Source of the DNA: a virus
Direction: 5' to 3' (one strand)
IMG/VR virus record: IMGVR_UViG_3300021961_008712
Location: 96,001-160,000 of that record
DNA length: 64,000 nucleotides
The position numbers and the translations under genes were made by a program. This document shows, piece by piece, positions 27,764-37,489 of this stretch (position 1 is its first letter; every line of letters begins with the position of its first letter). Below the pieces are notes generated by a model, which saw only the letters and a program-made list of their open reading frames with translations, had not been told where the DNA came from and did no database searches.

Positions 27764-28244
27764 GAGAGAATTAATACTTATTCTTTTTGTTGCAGTAGCA
27801 GTCTTAGTTAGACTACTACCCCATCCGCCTAATTTTACACCCGTTACTGCACTTGCTATTTTTGGTGCAACAACGTTTAATAATAAAGCTTTAGGAACTA
27901 TATTACCATTAATAGCATTAGGTATATCCGATATATTTCTAGGGTTTAGTACAATTACATTTTGGGTCTACGGATCTTTTATTCTTATTAGTTTGCTATC
28001 TATATACTGGAAAGAGGTTAAATTACAATATGTTTTACTAAGTTCCTCAGTATTTTTTATAGTAACAAATTTTGGAGTATGGATTTTAGGTTACCCTAAA
28101 TCATTAGAAGGATTGGTCTTATGTTATACATTAGCAATACCATTTTTTCTAAATTCGGTACTAGGAGATTTATTTTTCACCTACGTACTTAAATACAGTT
28201 TCAAAACAGTAGAATCTAAATTAAAATTAAAATTATGTCATTAA
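27753..28244 (+). CDS. multi-pass membrane protein, DUF6580/ECF S-component-like
   Basis: RLLPHPPNFTP, FFIVTNFGVW, CYTLAIPF; several TM segments. Confidence 0.75.
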   Translation: MLSKRELILILFVAVAVLVRLLPHPPNFTPVTALAIFGATTFNNKALGTILPLIALGISDIFLGFSTITFWVYGSFILISLLSIYWKEVKLQYVLLSSSVFFIVTNFGVWILGYPKSLEGLVLCYTLAIPFFLNSVLGDLFFTYVLKYSFKTVESKLKLKLCH

Positions 28245-28408
28245 AACAAGAATTATTTGAACAAATTGCAACACAGTTTGCAATCCTAGAGGAAAACAAC
28301 AACGGTAGTACTAAAGCTTCTCAAGCAAGAGCTAGAAAAGCAGCAGGCGAACTTAAAAAATTAATTACTCCTTACAAAAAAGCCAATATGGACGAAGCCA
28401 AAGGCTAA
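28235..28408 (+). CDS. histone H1-like Hc1 family protein (57 aa, not in ORF track)
   Basis: KASQARARKAAGELKKLITPYKK resembles Bacteroidota Hc1-like proteins. Confidence 0.75.
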   Translation: MSLKQELFEQIATQFAILEENNNGSTKASQARARKAAGELKKLITPYKKANMDEAKG

Positions 28409-28410
28409 GA

Positions 28411-29373
28411 ATGAAAACCGTATTATTACATAAGATGTGTGCCGGCCTTGGAGAAGTTTTCCATAGTTGGTACACTCTTATTAATATAGCAAGAGTCCAA
28501 AAGCAAAAAGGACACCATATTGAATTAATTATAGATTACTCACACCAGCTTGATAGATACTTTCCTCCCGGAACGTTAGATCTATTCTTTGATCTTGATA
28601 AACTTCAGAGAGATTACTTTGATGAAATTATAATTTCCGAAACACCAGTTGAGTTAGATAACCCTACTATGAATTGGGGGAATAATTGGATGTTAAAAAC
28701 AGAAGATGAAACAGGTCTATCAGAATTTTATTTACTTAGTGCTGAAGCTTTAGTTAGAGAAGGTAGACGTACAGCTGTATTTCCTGAAATTACTACTGAG
28801 TTTGCTAGGAACTATGTAGATAATATCATTAAGGTACATAATTTAGAAATTAACCAAGCTCACCATATTAGATTAATAGACGGATATGAAAGAGAACAAG
28901 AAGTTTCTAAAATCGTAGACTTAGTTCTTCCTAACCTAGAAGATAACGACATAGTATTAAGTAATAGCTCTATAGTTAAAAAAGCTGTTAAAGAAAGAAG
29001 CGATAAAAAATTACTCTCTATACACAACCCTGTAGAAGGAATACTCAGTAATCATTTTACAATACTCCCTAGAGAAGTGCCTAAAGACCTTCAATTTGTT
29101 AAAACTCTTTATACCTACTTGGATATGATAGTTCTTACAAAAGGAAAACATTTTCATAAGTATACAATTTATGATGACAATTTCTGGTCTTCATTCTTAT
29201 TTTATACAGCATTAAAACAACCTAACTATACAGAACACCAAATCTCTAAGGATCTCATACAAGGTACTTGGATTAATAGTCATCTTGCAGATAGTAGTTA
29301 TTTAGGTGCTTTAGAGAAAGAGCTGCAGGGGCGCTTTTCTCTCTCTCGACGAAGTCGCCACGCGCGAATTTAA
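28411..29373 (+). CDS. putative O-fucosyltransferase-like glycosyltransferase
   Basis: AGLGE, HIRLID, SSF motif order as in GT11/GT23-like proteins. Confidence 0.5.
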   Translation: MKTVLLHKMCAGLGEVFHSWYTLINIARVQKQKGHHIELIIDYSHQLDRYFPPGTLDLFFDLDKLQRDYFDEIIISETPVELDNPTMNWGNNWMLKTEDETGLSEFYLLSAEALVREGRRTAVFPEITTEFARNYVDNIIKVHNLEINQAHHIRLIDGYEREQEVSKIVDLVLPNLEDNDIVLSNSSIVKKAVKERSDKKLLSIHNPVEGILSNHFTILPREVPKDLQFVKTLYTYLDMIVLTKGKHFHKYTIYDDNFWSSFLFYTALKQPNYTEHQISKDLIQGTWINSHLADSSYLGALEKELQGRFSLSRRSRHARI

Positions 29374-29381
29374 TAAAAGTT

Positions 29382-29963
29382 ATGAATAGATTACTTACTT
29401 TTGGATGTAGTTTAACAGAGGGTATTGGACTTGCCAATAAAGACACTCAGGTATGGGGTCGATTAGTTAGTGATCAACTTAATCTTGATCACGAAAATCA
29501 AGGTGAAGGTGGTAGTAGTAACAAGTATATTGCACATAAGATTCTAAACTTTAATTTTGATCCTAGCGATACTGTCATAGTGTTATGGTCATACCTCCAT
29601 AGATATTGCGTAATTCAAGATGATTTAACAACAGTTGATTTTCTACCAGTAAATAAAGATGCTCGGTCAAAGAGGTTTTACAGAGAGTACTTCAGTGAAT
29701 ATGATTCGACCTTTATGAATATGGTATTCATCAACTACACATACAATTACTTGAATAGCAAGAACATTAACTTTTACTTTGGATTTACCACTACACCATT
29801 AATTAGTCTAGTAGAAAATAGTAAGAGAGTCTTCCCGTTTGTTTACGATGCATATTACAACAAGTACCCAAAAGGACTTGATAACTTACACATGGGGGAA
29901 GAAGGCAATAAAGCATTCGCCAATAAAGTCACAACTTACCTCTTACCAAAACAAATTATTTAA
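29382..29963 (+). CDS. SGNH hydrolase-like protein
   Basis: FGCSLTEG, GGSSN, DNLH. Confidence 0.75.
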   Translation: MNRLLTFGCSLTEGIGLANKDTQVWGRLVSDQLNLDHENQGEGGSSNKYIAHKILNFNFDPSDTVIVLWSYLHRYCVIQDDLTTVDFLPVNKDARSKRFYREYFSEYDSTFMNMVFINYTYNYLNSKNINFYFGFTTTPLISLVENSKRVFPFVYDAYYNKYPKGLDNLHMGEEGNKAFANKVTTYLLPKQII

Positions 29964-30065
29964 AATAGTTGTTTATGAACAGAATATTTCGTATATTGAA
30001 ATAATAAATGGATAACCTCAAAAAAATCAAGTTCATATTTTTCGAAGAAAGTTGGAATCACGACA

Positions 30066-30254
30066 ATGGGAAAGAGCAAGAAGAACAAGCGAGACCTAAT
30101 CGGAGACGAGAAGTACACAATGGGGGAGCTAAGCCAATTAGCCCGCCGCAAGATGATGCAAAAGAATCACGGAGATGATTCAAAATATAACCGTAAACAA
30201 ACTAAACGTAATGTTTGGAAAACCTACGACGACGAGGAGGACGATGACTATTAG
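30066..30254 (+). CDS. small basic hypothetical protein
   Basis: Downstream of promoter 29969. Confidence 0.55.
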   Translation: MGKSKKNKRDLIGDEKYTMGELSQLARRKMMQKNHGDDSKYNRKQTKRNVWKTYDDEEDDDY

Positions 30255-30337
30255 ATGAAAGCTTTTGAGAGAGATACAAGGTTAGTACATGCACATAACC
30301 CTACAGGAATATTAGTTAAACTTTTAACAAAACAATT

Positions 30338-30538
30338 ATGTCAGACACAGTCAAAAAATGGCACGAAATGCAGGAGGACTTACAAGAAAATGCTAGTGCG
30401 TTTGCGTACCAATTGCAGAAGAGCCAACCTACTAAAGAGGAAGTAGTTAGAAAAAAAGCGTTTACCCTTCTTTGTAACTACGATGAAGAGGTAATAAGAC
30501 TTGCCGTTAAAATTCTAGACGGTATAGGAGCAGAGTAA
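30338..30538 (+). CDS. hypothetical protein
   Basis: A-rich leader and ATG; abuts the next gene. Confidence 0.6.
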   Translation: MSDTVKKWHEMQEDLQENASAFAYQLQKSQPTKEEVVRKKAFTLLCNYDEEVIRLAVKILDGIGAE

Positions 30539-30539
30539 T

Positions 30540-31061
30540 ATGAATAAAGAGGAAGTCGTACAATTAAGACTACTTGCGGAAGAGCATAGGAGGCTTCCTA
30601 GGAAGGACCACTACGATATGAAGTGGGTGACCGAAGAAAACTTTCCGGAATATCGCGAGGATCTTGAGACAGTCATACAACTGTTACACGCACAATTAGA
30701 CTGGGATGGAATCCCGGACTGGGAAGATTTAACGCAAAGGTTTGCCGCAAAGTCATTCTGTCTTCTTTTCTACTATAATAATAAATGTATAGGATGGAAT
30801 TGGATTAATGAAAGCCTAACATATGATTGGAAGACTACCGTTCAACCTTTAGAAGAAGGAGCATTTTACGGCGGTGGTTTCTTTGTATCAAATCTTGTAG
30901 ACAGACCTGCTGATGCTGGACTAAGTAACTATAATATGGTCTTTGCAGAATTATTTGACGCAGGGTACAAAGTAGCTTACGGATACTGTGATGCTTGGAA
31001 CCGTGTTGCATTAAAAGTAAATTATGCAAACGGAGTCAAAAAATTTGACTTTATAAAATAG
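30540..31061 (+). CDS. GNAT-fold acetyltransferase-like protein
   Basis: IGWNW, FFVS..., YCDAWNRVA (N..A motif). Confidence 0.55.
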   Translation: MNKEEVVQLRLLAEEHRRLPRKDHYDMKWVTEENFPEYREDLETVIQLLHAQLDWDGIPDWEDLTQRFAAKSFCLLFYYNNKCIGWNWINESLTYDWKTTVQPLEEGAFYGGGFFVSNLVDRPADAGLSNYNMVFAELFDAGYKVAYGYCDAWNRVALKVNYANGVKKFDFIK

Positions 31062-31712
31062 ATGATATACTGTACATTGATCTACGGAAAACAATGGCAT
31101 GAAAAATTTGCGTCAAATATAGTTAGAGAGGCACAAACTCACGATATTTATATTTTGACAGACCATCCAGAATATTTTTCCGAATGTTCAAATGTCACAG
31201 AATACACAAGACCTGTTTTTAGTTATTATGAGAAGTTAAACTGGGTTTTAGCTTTAACTAAACAACTAAAACAGAGAGTTACATACGTAGATGCTAATTG
31301 GATTTTCAACTTAACAGATTCTATTAATATAGAGGAAGACCTAATTTATACACATAGATTCTCAGAGATATCTAGACTCAGGATTACACCTAAAGATAGA
31401 GATAAATTAAGAGACCTTTTTGTAGAAGCAGAGTATCCTTGGCAAGATAATGAGTATATATCAGAAAAGGTAATATCTATTCCTTATCTTCCTAAATTAA
31501 TAGACAAAATAATTGAGGATATAAAATATCTTCAACCTTCTTTTGAAAATGTCTTTGATGACAAATCAAACGTTGGTAAAAAAATTAAAAGATATACTGA
31601 ATTCGGTATTGGGTTTTTGGAAGGAGCAGCATTAACTGCGGTTGCAAATCGATACAATATAAAGTACAATTGCAAAAAAAATTTAATTAGAAGAAAGGAC
31701 CTACTAATGTAG
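31062..31712 (+). CDS. GT-A-like hypothetical protein
   Basis: YILTDHP, FSYYEKL, YVDAN (DxD-like). Confidence 0.5.
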   Translation: MIYCTLIYGKQWHEKFASNIVREAQTHDIYILTDHPEYFSECSNVTEYTRPVFSYYEKLNWVLALTKQLKQRVTYVDANWIFNLTDSINIEEDLIYTHRFSEISRLRITPKDRDKLRDLFVEAEYPWQDNEYISEKVISIPYLPKLIDKIIEDIKYLQPSFENVFDDKSNVGKKIKRYTEFGIGFLEGAALTAVANRYNIKYNCKKNLIRRKDLLM

Positions 31713-31770
31713 GGCCGTAAAGGATAAACGTAGATATTTATTAACATAAGACAATTTAATAAACTTAATT

Positions 31771-33180
31771 ATGAAAGGAACACTAATATCTTTCGATTTT
31801 GTAAAGGACTCAAACGGGGATTTAAAGTTCCTGGAAATGAATACTGACACAACCATTTCCCAGCCGGACTTGGATAATCACATTTCCTGGACTTCTCTAA
31901 TAGACGTTATGTCCAGTTCTAACAGCACGACATTAGATATAATTTACAAACCCGAGATTCACAACCATATTGTGGCAAGTTTAGAAGCAGCTGTTCAAGC
32001 ATCTGCTCCGTTTATTACTACAGTTAATAAACACCAAGAAGATCTTCACTCAAATTTCCCTACAGCTGTTGAAGATTCAGCTGAGAAGTTTATTTTGAGA
32101 ATGGCTTATGATGATAACGCTATCATCGACTCGTACTACTGTAAAGAAGCAGATAAAGCTGTTAGACTTTTTACAGAATATAATTCTGCTAGCTTAGCAG
32201 TAAATTACTTCTACAGCGGTAGTGACGCTGAAATTAACAATCTTCTAGAAGTTAACAACCCAGCTTGGTACCCAGATGTAGTAATAAAAAAGAAACAAGG
32301 TGTTCTTGATAACCTAGAGTTTATTAAAGTCTTAGATGCTGCAGGATGGGAAGAAGTTAAAACTACTTATAAAGAAGACTATATAATCGAAAATTACCAC
32401 GTTTCACCAGAAGCTGAAGCAGATGGAGTTGTTCAATCTTTCCGTCACTTATGTGTTGCATTTGGAGGAGGATTAGAACAGGCTCACCTAGGTACATTTA
32501 TTCAATGTGCTCAATTTAGTACTCCTGATAATTTAACAACTGAAGGAGCAACTTCTTATTTGCTTCCTAAGAAACATTACTACGAATATTCTACTAGTAC
32601 ACCAAAAGAGAAAAGCAGATTACATGGTGTATACTTTACAGATAGATTTATGTCAGGCTCAGGAGAGCCAATCGAAAGTGAAGACATTACTGCAGGTACT
32701 GTAATGAAGTCTTACTATATTCCAACTATTCCAGATACAGATGATCCTACTAAGTATTCTTCTTGGTCTCATAGTGGAAAAGTACTTCCTGCAGGATCAC
32801 AAGCTACTTCATCTTTAGCTGCATCTCAGCCTTTATTCTTCCAAGATAAGCAAGGTGTGGTATTCGAATTGAAGCCATCAGGTAGTACAAGTCCTGTATA
32901 TTTAGGAATGAATGCTGCTGTTATTACATATAACACAGGATCAGATTCTTATGCTTTCAGAAGCGTTGTTAACTTAAATTCTGACAAAGATTTCTTATTT
33001 GACTTAAATGGAAGTTTAGTTCCTATTGAGTATAATAACTTTGTAGTACTTAATCAGCCTACAGGTAGCTTCATCGTAGCAGATACTGAACCTTTCGATT
33101 TGCTTGTTGTTGATACAGATGCTGATCCAGATATCATTGCAGTAGCAATCCACAACGCAAAAATTGAACCACCTAAATAA
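31771..33180 (+). CDS. ATP-grasp-like protein with C-terminal Hint (intein-like) domain
   Basis: N-terminal DFVKDSNGDLKFLEMNT, PDVVIKK; C-terminal EDITAGTVMKS...IHN. Confidence 0.6.
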   Translation: MKGTLISFDFVKDSNGDLKFLEMNTDTTISQPDLDNHISWTSLIDVMSSSNSTTLDIIYKPEIHNHIVASLEAAVQASAPFITTVNKHQEDLHSNFPTAVEDSAEKFILRMAYDDNAIIDSYYCKEADKAVRLFTEYNSASLAVNYFYSGSDAEINNLLEVNNPAWYPDVVIKKKQGVLDNLEFIKVLDAAGWEEVKTTYKEDYIIENYHVSPEAEADGVVQSFRHLCVAFGGGLEQAHLGTFIQCAQFSTPDNLTTEGATSYLLPKKHYYEYSTSTPKEKSRLHGVYFTDRFMSGSGEPIESEDITAGTVMKSYYIPTIPDTDDPTKYSSWSHSGKVLPAGSQATSSLAASQPLFFQDKQGVVFELKPSGSTSPVYLGMNAAVITYNTGSDSYAFRSVVNLNSDKDFLFDLNGSLVPIEYNNFVVLNQPTGSFIVADTEPFDLLVVDTDADPDIIAVAIHNAKIEPPK

Positions 33181-33188
33181 TAGTAGAT

Positions 33189-33347
33189 ATGAATAAGCCA
33201 ATTGCACCAGAATTAATTTATAGAAAAAAGTCTACTGCAGCTCCATTGACTTCTAATCCTCGTACTCCTATTTACGGCGAAGTAGAGAAGATTAAAGAGA
33301 CAGTGAACTTCATGCTTAAATCTATTGTACAGAAACACGCTGGATAA
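33189..33347 (+). CDS. small hypothetical protein (52 aa, not in ORF track)
   Basis: ATG...TAA directly after the Hint-domain gene. Confidence 0.6.
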   Translation: MNKPIAPELIYRKKSTAAPLTSNPRTPIYGEVEKIKETVNFMLKSIVQKHAG

Positions 33348-33383
33348 GTTGTAATTCTGATCTTTATTTCGTATATTTAATGT

Positions 33384-33878
33384 ATGGAAAAAGGTCAGAA
33401 ACTATACAACCCAGTTCATTCTGAAGAGTGGTTAACTTCCTTTTTAAAGAAGCACTACTACAAAAAGCCTTATGATAGGTTTATGTGGTGGCGAAGTTAT
33501 TCACCTAAAACTAAACCTCTACATAAGAGACAGCCTCTAGTAGATAAGATTAAAAATGGGGACTACGACATGGGACCTTTTTCTTATGAACTTCAACTTG
33601 TAGAACATAAGCTAAACAAAACATATCAAGAGGTACATCCTGACATGGGAATGTTTTTAGAAAAGGAATCCGTAAATCTTGCCAGACGTAAACGACTCTT
33701 TGATGACTTTACGAAAGATGAGAAGACAAAATTAGAAGCTATCTTTCACGATTTTAAAATTGAATTCGGCATTTCTAGAGAACAAATTGAAAATGACTTT
33801 GACGATGGAAATTTCGATGACCTAATCGACTACTATTATTATTGTGAAAAAAAATATAATAAAAAGTTGTTTCGTTAA
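33384..33878 (+). CDS. hypothetical protein
   Basis: Has its own promoter at 33349. Confidence 0.75.
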   Translation: MEKGQKLYNPVHSEEWLTSFLKKHYYKKPYDRFMWWRSYSPKTKPLHKRQPLVDKIKNGDYDMGPFSYELQLVEHKLNKTYQEVHPDMGMFLEKESVNLARRKRLFDDFTKDEKTKLEAIFHDFKIEFGISREQIENDFDDGNFDDLIDYYYYCEKKYNKKLFR

Positions 33879-33935
33879 AAAAACATTCGTACATTATATT
33901 TATTAATAACAATATTGTTAACTTAAAATTAAATT

Positions 33936-34223
33936 ATGAAAACAATTGCAATTATTTTACTTCTCACTGCAGTAGCTGGTGCCGTAGTATATTTCGGTAC
34001 TAAATACTTCGGTTTAGCTAAGGATGAAGACAAAGACGGAATTCCAGACAAACTAGAAGACACTGCAAAGAAAGTAAATCAAGCAGCCCAAAGGGTGAAG
34101 AAAGAGTTTAATGATGCGAAAGCTCAAGCTCAAGGTAACCGTAAAAGAGGAAGAAAGCCAAGTCAGAAACCTAATCAAGGTGGAACAACAGCTCCAAAAA
34201 ATAAAAACTATTACGGATCTTAA
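33936..34223 (+). CDS. membrane-anchored small protein with DxDxDG Ca-binding-like loop
   Basis: N-terminal TM; DEDKDGIPD. Confidence 0.7.
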   Translation: MKTIAIILLLTAVAGAVVYFGTKYFGLAKDEDKDGIPDKLEDTAKKVNQAAQRVKKEFNDAKAQAQGNRKRGRKPSQKPNQGGTTAPKNKNYYGS

Positions 34224-34237
34224 TTAATCGTAAGATT

Positions 34238-34459
34238 ATGAATCAAAACATAAACGTAGATTTCAACCAAACCGTTCCAGTAACTTGTGAAGAATGTAGT
34301 TCGCCGTACTTTAAGCAGACTCTTGTTATTAGACAAATACCAGGGATCCTTGTTGGTCAAAAAGAAACTTCATACATCCCCATTCCCGTCTTCTCGTGTG
34401 ATAAATGCGGACATGTCAATGAAGCATTCCAACCAAAGCAAGGAGCCTCCTTGGACTAA
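34238..34459 (+). CDS. zinc-ribbon protein
   Basis: CEEC...CDKCG. Confidence 0.75.
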   Translation: MNQNINVDFNQTVPVTCEECSSPYFKQTLVIRQIPGILVGQKETSYIPIPVFSCDKCGHVNEAFQPKQGASLD

Positions 34460-34507
34460 GTATAATTACGCAGGTCTTCAAGACGAAATTTATGATTGAA
34501 ACAAATT

Positions 34508-34531
34508 AAGGGACTTTATGTCCCTTTTTTT
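34508..34531 (+). terminator. rho-independent terminator
   Basis: AAGGGAC-TTTAT-GTCCCTT followed by a T-run. Confidence 0.85.
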
Positions 34532-34678
34532 GTGTGCTTTACGATACTAAGTATATTTATAAGTATACCCGAAAAGTGCGATAAACCGGCTGATTTCTAC
34601 GGTAAAAGTACACACTAGTTATTCCCAACTTTTATACTAAAGAGTTTTAAAGTGTTTTAAACAAACTAGAATAACTAT

Positions 34679-35146
34679 ATGAGAAAATTACTAGTGTTAC
34701 TATGTTTAGTTTTTAGTTCTAATAGTTTTGCTCAAGAACTAAACGTAGTAGACGTACAGAATCGAATACAAATAGGAGACCTGGCAGGTAATCGTGATCT
34801 GTCTTTTGGTGTTAAAAACGTATTGGAAGAAGTCATTCAGGATAAAGGCTACGACCTCAATCCAAAATCCCCCAACACTCTAGAAGTAGAACTACTTTAT
34901 TTTGATGTTCAAAAAGGATCATTGCAATTAGGTGCATATGGTAAGAACATAGATGTATATCAAATCATAGCTAGAGGAACAGCAATTATAGACGGTAAAT
35001 CAAAAACAGCTGTAGCTAAAGGCACAGCTAAATCTATATCTACATCTACCCTTATTTTAGATCAGGGAGGAAATTTCTCACAAGCTAACGTTTCCACAGC
35101 TATAAAAAAATTATGTGAAGACTTAATAAAAAATCTTAAACTATGA
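34679..35146 (+). CDS. secreted protein, short CsgG/TolB-N-like alpha/beta domain
   Basis: Signal peptide (SFA-Q); VQNR...GVKNVLEEVI; terminal helix. Confidence 0.55.
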   Translation: MRKLLVLLCLVFSSNSFAQELNVVDVQNRIQIGDLAGNRDLSFGVKNVLEEVIQDKGYDLNPKSPNTLEVELLYFDVQKGSLQLGAYGKNIDVYQIIARGTAIIDGKSKTAVAKGTAKSISTSTLILDQGGNFSQANVSTAIKKLCEDLIKNLKL

Positions 35147-36819
35147 AAACACTTTTGTATCTACTTTATTTTTTATTTCCTATATCTGTTTTAGCACAGC
35201 AGGGATATGTAAGCCATAGCTATACTAATGCAGTACCGGAAGGAGGGTTTGTTGTAGGAGATACGCTTACAGTAAAAATAGAAATAATAGATAACAGTAG
35301 TAACATTACACCAGACCATACTATGTTGGACTTCCAGTGGAATAATAAACTATTACAGTTTGTTGATATAACCTGGAATACTACTGAACTGCCCTCAGAT
35401 GTTCAAAAGAACTGGTCTAATTGGACAGGGTACTCTTTTAATGAACTAACTACTCACGAAGGCGTAGCAGTAGCATCAAGCGAATTATCCATTCAGTATG
35501 AACATGGATGGTTAAACAGAGGTGGTTCTTATTCTGATGCTAGCGACTGGACAGTAGGTAGAATAACACTTCAATCTGCTAGTGATTTACCCCTTTCAAC
35601 TCCACTTGCTGAATTTAGATTTATACTTAAAGATAGACAAGGTACTAACTACGGAGATTATACTAATATTACGAACTTAAACTGGGCCAAAGTAGAGGAT
35701 ATAGCAGGGGGATCTGGACTATATGTAATTCATGCAGGTACTGAAAAGATTAGTGTAAATAATGTAGGAGGAGTAGGCGCAGGAAATATAACAATAAACT
35801 TAAATTCTGCAGCAGCAGCATCACATGCTACAGACTTTACATATAAGATATACCAGACAGATGCAAATAATAATGAAACAGTAGCAGCATCTGGAGACTT
35901 TGATGCAAACGGACAAATAATTACCAATACTTTAGTATTAGGAGAGACCTATAATATTGACATTAAAGTAGATGATAATGCAACCTGGTTAAATGATGTT
36001 ATGACAGTAACAGATGCATATCTAATATTTCAAGAAGCACTTTCTGTTGGAACAACACCAGGAGGTCAACAAAATGCATTTACAAAGAGTATTCAATACC
36101 TACTAGGAGAATTAAATAATTCTGGAAATGTAACATTTGAGGATTCTTACATTGCTTTAGCTCATATTAGCGGTGTAGAAACTAATAGCACTTGGTATAC
36201 TTCTACTACTAATGGAGCTAAAAATATTTGGGGAGACACAGGACAATACGGTGTAAGTACAAATGAATACTACTTTGGTCAAAAGAAAGTATTTACTTTA
36301 GACGGTACTACTACTTTTAATTTTGGCCACGGTCTCGTAGGTGATGTGGATTTTTCACATGGATTTGAACCAACAGCTGACGTACAAACTAACTCATCTG
36401 CTAAAAACTATGCTCCACAGACAATGCTATCTAGAGCTCAGAATCCTGTAACAGCTAATTTAGATATAGTCTCTGAATTAGTAAACGGTAAAGTAGTTTT
36501 GACTATTAATTTAGCAGAAGCGGGAATAGTAGGTACACAGTTTGATATAAGATACGACAATACAGTTTTAACTTTCGAATCTGCTAATTTTGATACAGGA
36601 AATGAAATGACTAATTTTAGTAACCATAATGCTAATCTGTCTAAAATTTTCGTAGGCTCTTTGGATGGCACAGGAGAAAGTACTATTAAAACAGGTGCAC
36701 CGTATAAGTTAGTTTTTGTACCTAATCAAGCATTACAGAATACTGCAGGATTAGTAAGCTTCTTTTTCACAGAAGGAGTAAAAGGAGATGGAACAAAAGT
36801 AAAATTTAACATGCAATAA
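35143..36819 (+). CDS. secreted cohesin-domain protein with dockerin-like loops
   Basis: Signal peptide; VGDTLTV...DFQWNNKLLQF and GTQFDIRYDNTVLTF cohesin-like strands; GELNNSGNVTFED. Confidence 0.65.
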   Translation: MKTLLYLLYFLFPISVLAQQGYVSHSYTNAVPEGGFVVGDTLTVKIEIIDNSSNITPDHTMLDFQWNNKLLQFVDITWNTTELPSDVQKNWSNWTGYSFNELTTHEGVAVASSELSIQYEHGWLNRGGSYSDASDWTVGRITLQSASDLPLSTPLAEFRFILKDRQGTNYGDYTNITNLNWAKVEDIAGGSGLYVIHAGTEKISVNNVGGVGAGNITINLNSAAAASHATDFTYKIYQTDANNNETVAASGDFDANGQIITNTLVLGETYNIDIKVDDNATWLNDVMTVTDAYLIFQEALSVGTTPGGQQNAFTKSIQYLLGELNNSGNVTFEDSYIALAHISGVETNSTWYTSTTNGAKNIWGDTGQYGVSTNEYYFGQKKVFTLDGTTTFNFGHGLVGDVDFSHGFEPTADVQTNSSAKNYAPQTMLSRAQNPVTANLDIVSELVNGKVVLTINLAEAGIVGTQFDIRYDNTVLTFESANFDTGNEMTNFSNHNANLSKIFVGSLDGTGESTIKTGAPYKLVFVPNQALQNTAGLVSFFFTEGVKGDGTKVKFNMQ

Positions 36820-36820
36820 T

Positions 36821-37189
36821 ATGAAAAAATTATCAATACTATTATTAATATTAGTAGCAGGCTGTATAACAGATCCTATTGAAGACTTTAAGTACACTAT
36901 TGAAACTCCCGAATCACTAATGATAGAAGATTTCAAAGGTATAAAATTAGAGTCCTATATAGTTACTGAAGAAGTTAGAATAAATGCTAAGCTACCCACG
37001 GCTGGTAAATATAGAATTAAGATAAGAAATTTTACTAGTACAGTAGTAAGTCAAGAAATCATAAACGGAGATGCAGGAGACAATATTCTGAATGTTTATG
37101 TTAGAACTTTAGAGCCAAGCTCTTATACAATAGAACTATTAACTGAAGACAATCTTCTAGTTGGAAGATCTGCTTTCGCAATTAATTAA
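36821..37189 (+). CDS. lipoprotein with Ig-like C-terminus
   Basis: Lipobox VAGC; L..SSYTIEL resembles T9SS CTD-like Ig folds. Confidence 0.6.
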   Translation: MKKLSILLLILVAGCITDPIEDFKYTIETPESLMIEDFKGIKLESYIVTEEVRINAKLPTAGKYRIKIRNFTSTVVSQEIINGDAGDNILNVYVRTLEPSSYTIELLTEDNLLVGRSAFAIN

Positions 37190-37193
37190 AAAG

Positions 37194-37472
37194 ATGGAAG
37201 AAAAATCAGAAGGCGGCTTTTTTAGCCAAATTAAAAACCAGGTAATAACTACGGTTGGCGTTATTATAACTGCCGCTGGAGGATTGGTTGTTACTAACAT
37301 GGAAACTATCTTTGGTGTTCAATCAGAACCAGAGAAAGTAGAAGTGGTAAACGATAGTAAAAGCCCTATAAAGGAAAGCAGCAAAGATACTATCGTAGTT
37401 ATTCAAAAAACAGAGAAGCCAGTTCTAGTGAAACCGGCTCCTCAGAAAAAAGAAAGAGAACTTGATTGGTAA
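37194..37472 (+). CDS. single-TM membrane protein
   Basis: VITTVGVIITAAGGLVV; likely start ATG 37194. Confidence 0.65.
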   Translation: MEEKSEGGFFSQIKNQVITTVGVIITAAGGLVVTNMETIFGVQSEPEKVEVVNDSKSPIKESSKDTIVVIQKTEKPVLVKPAPQKKERELDW

Positions 37473-37489
37473 CCTTTAATTTAACAACT

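Noticed and set aside
30255-30446. 63-aa ORF
   Set aside because: It overlaps the better-supported 30338 ORF out of frame and has no motif; left uncalled.
34562-34615. Purine riboswitch suggested by TTTCTAC and GGTAAA
   Set aside because: The P2/P3 stems and loop sequences of the purine aptamer cannot be built.
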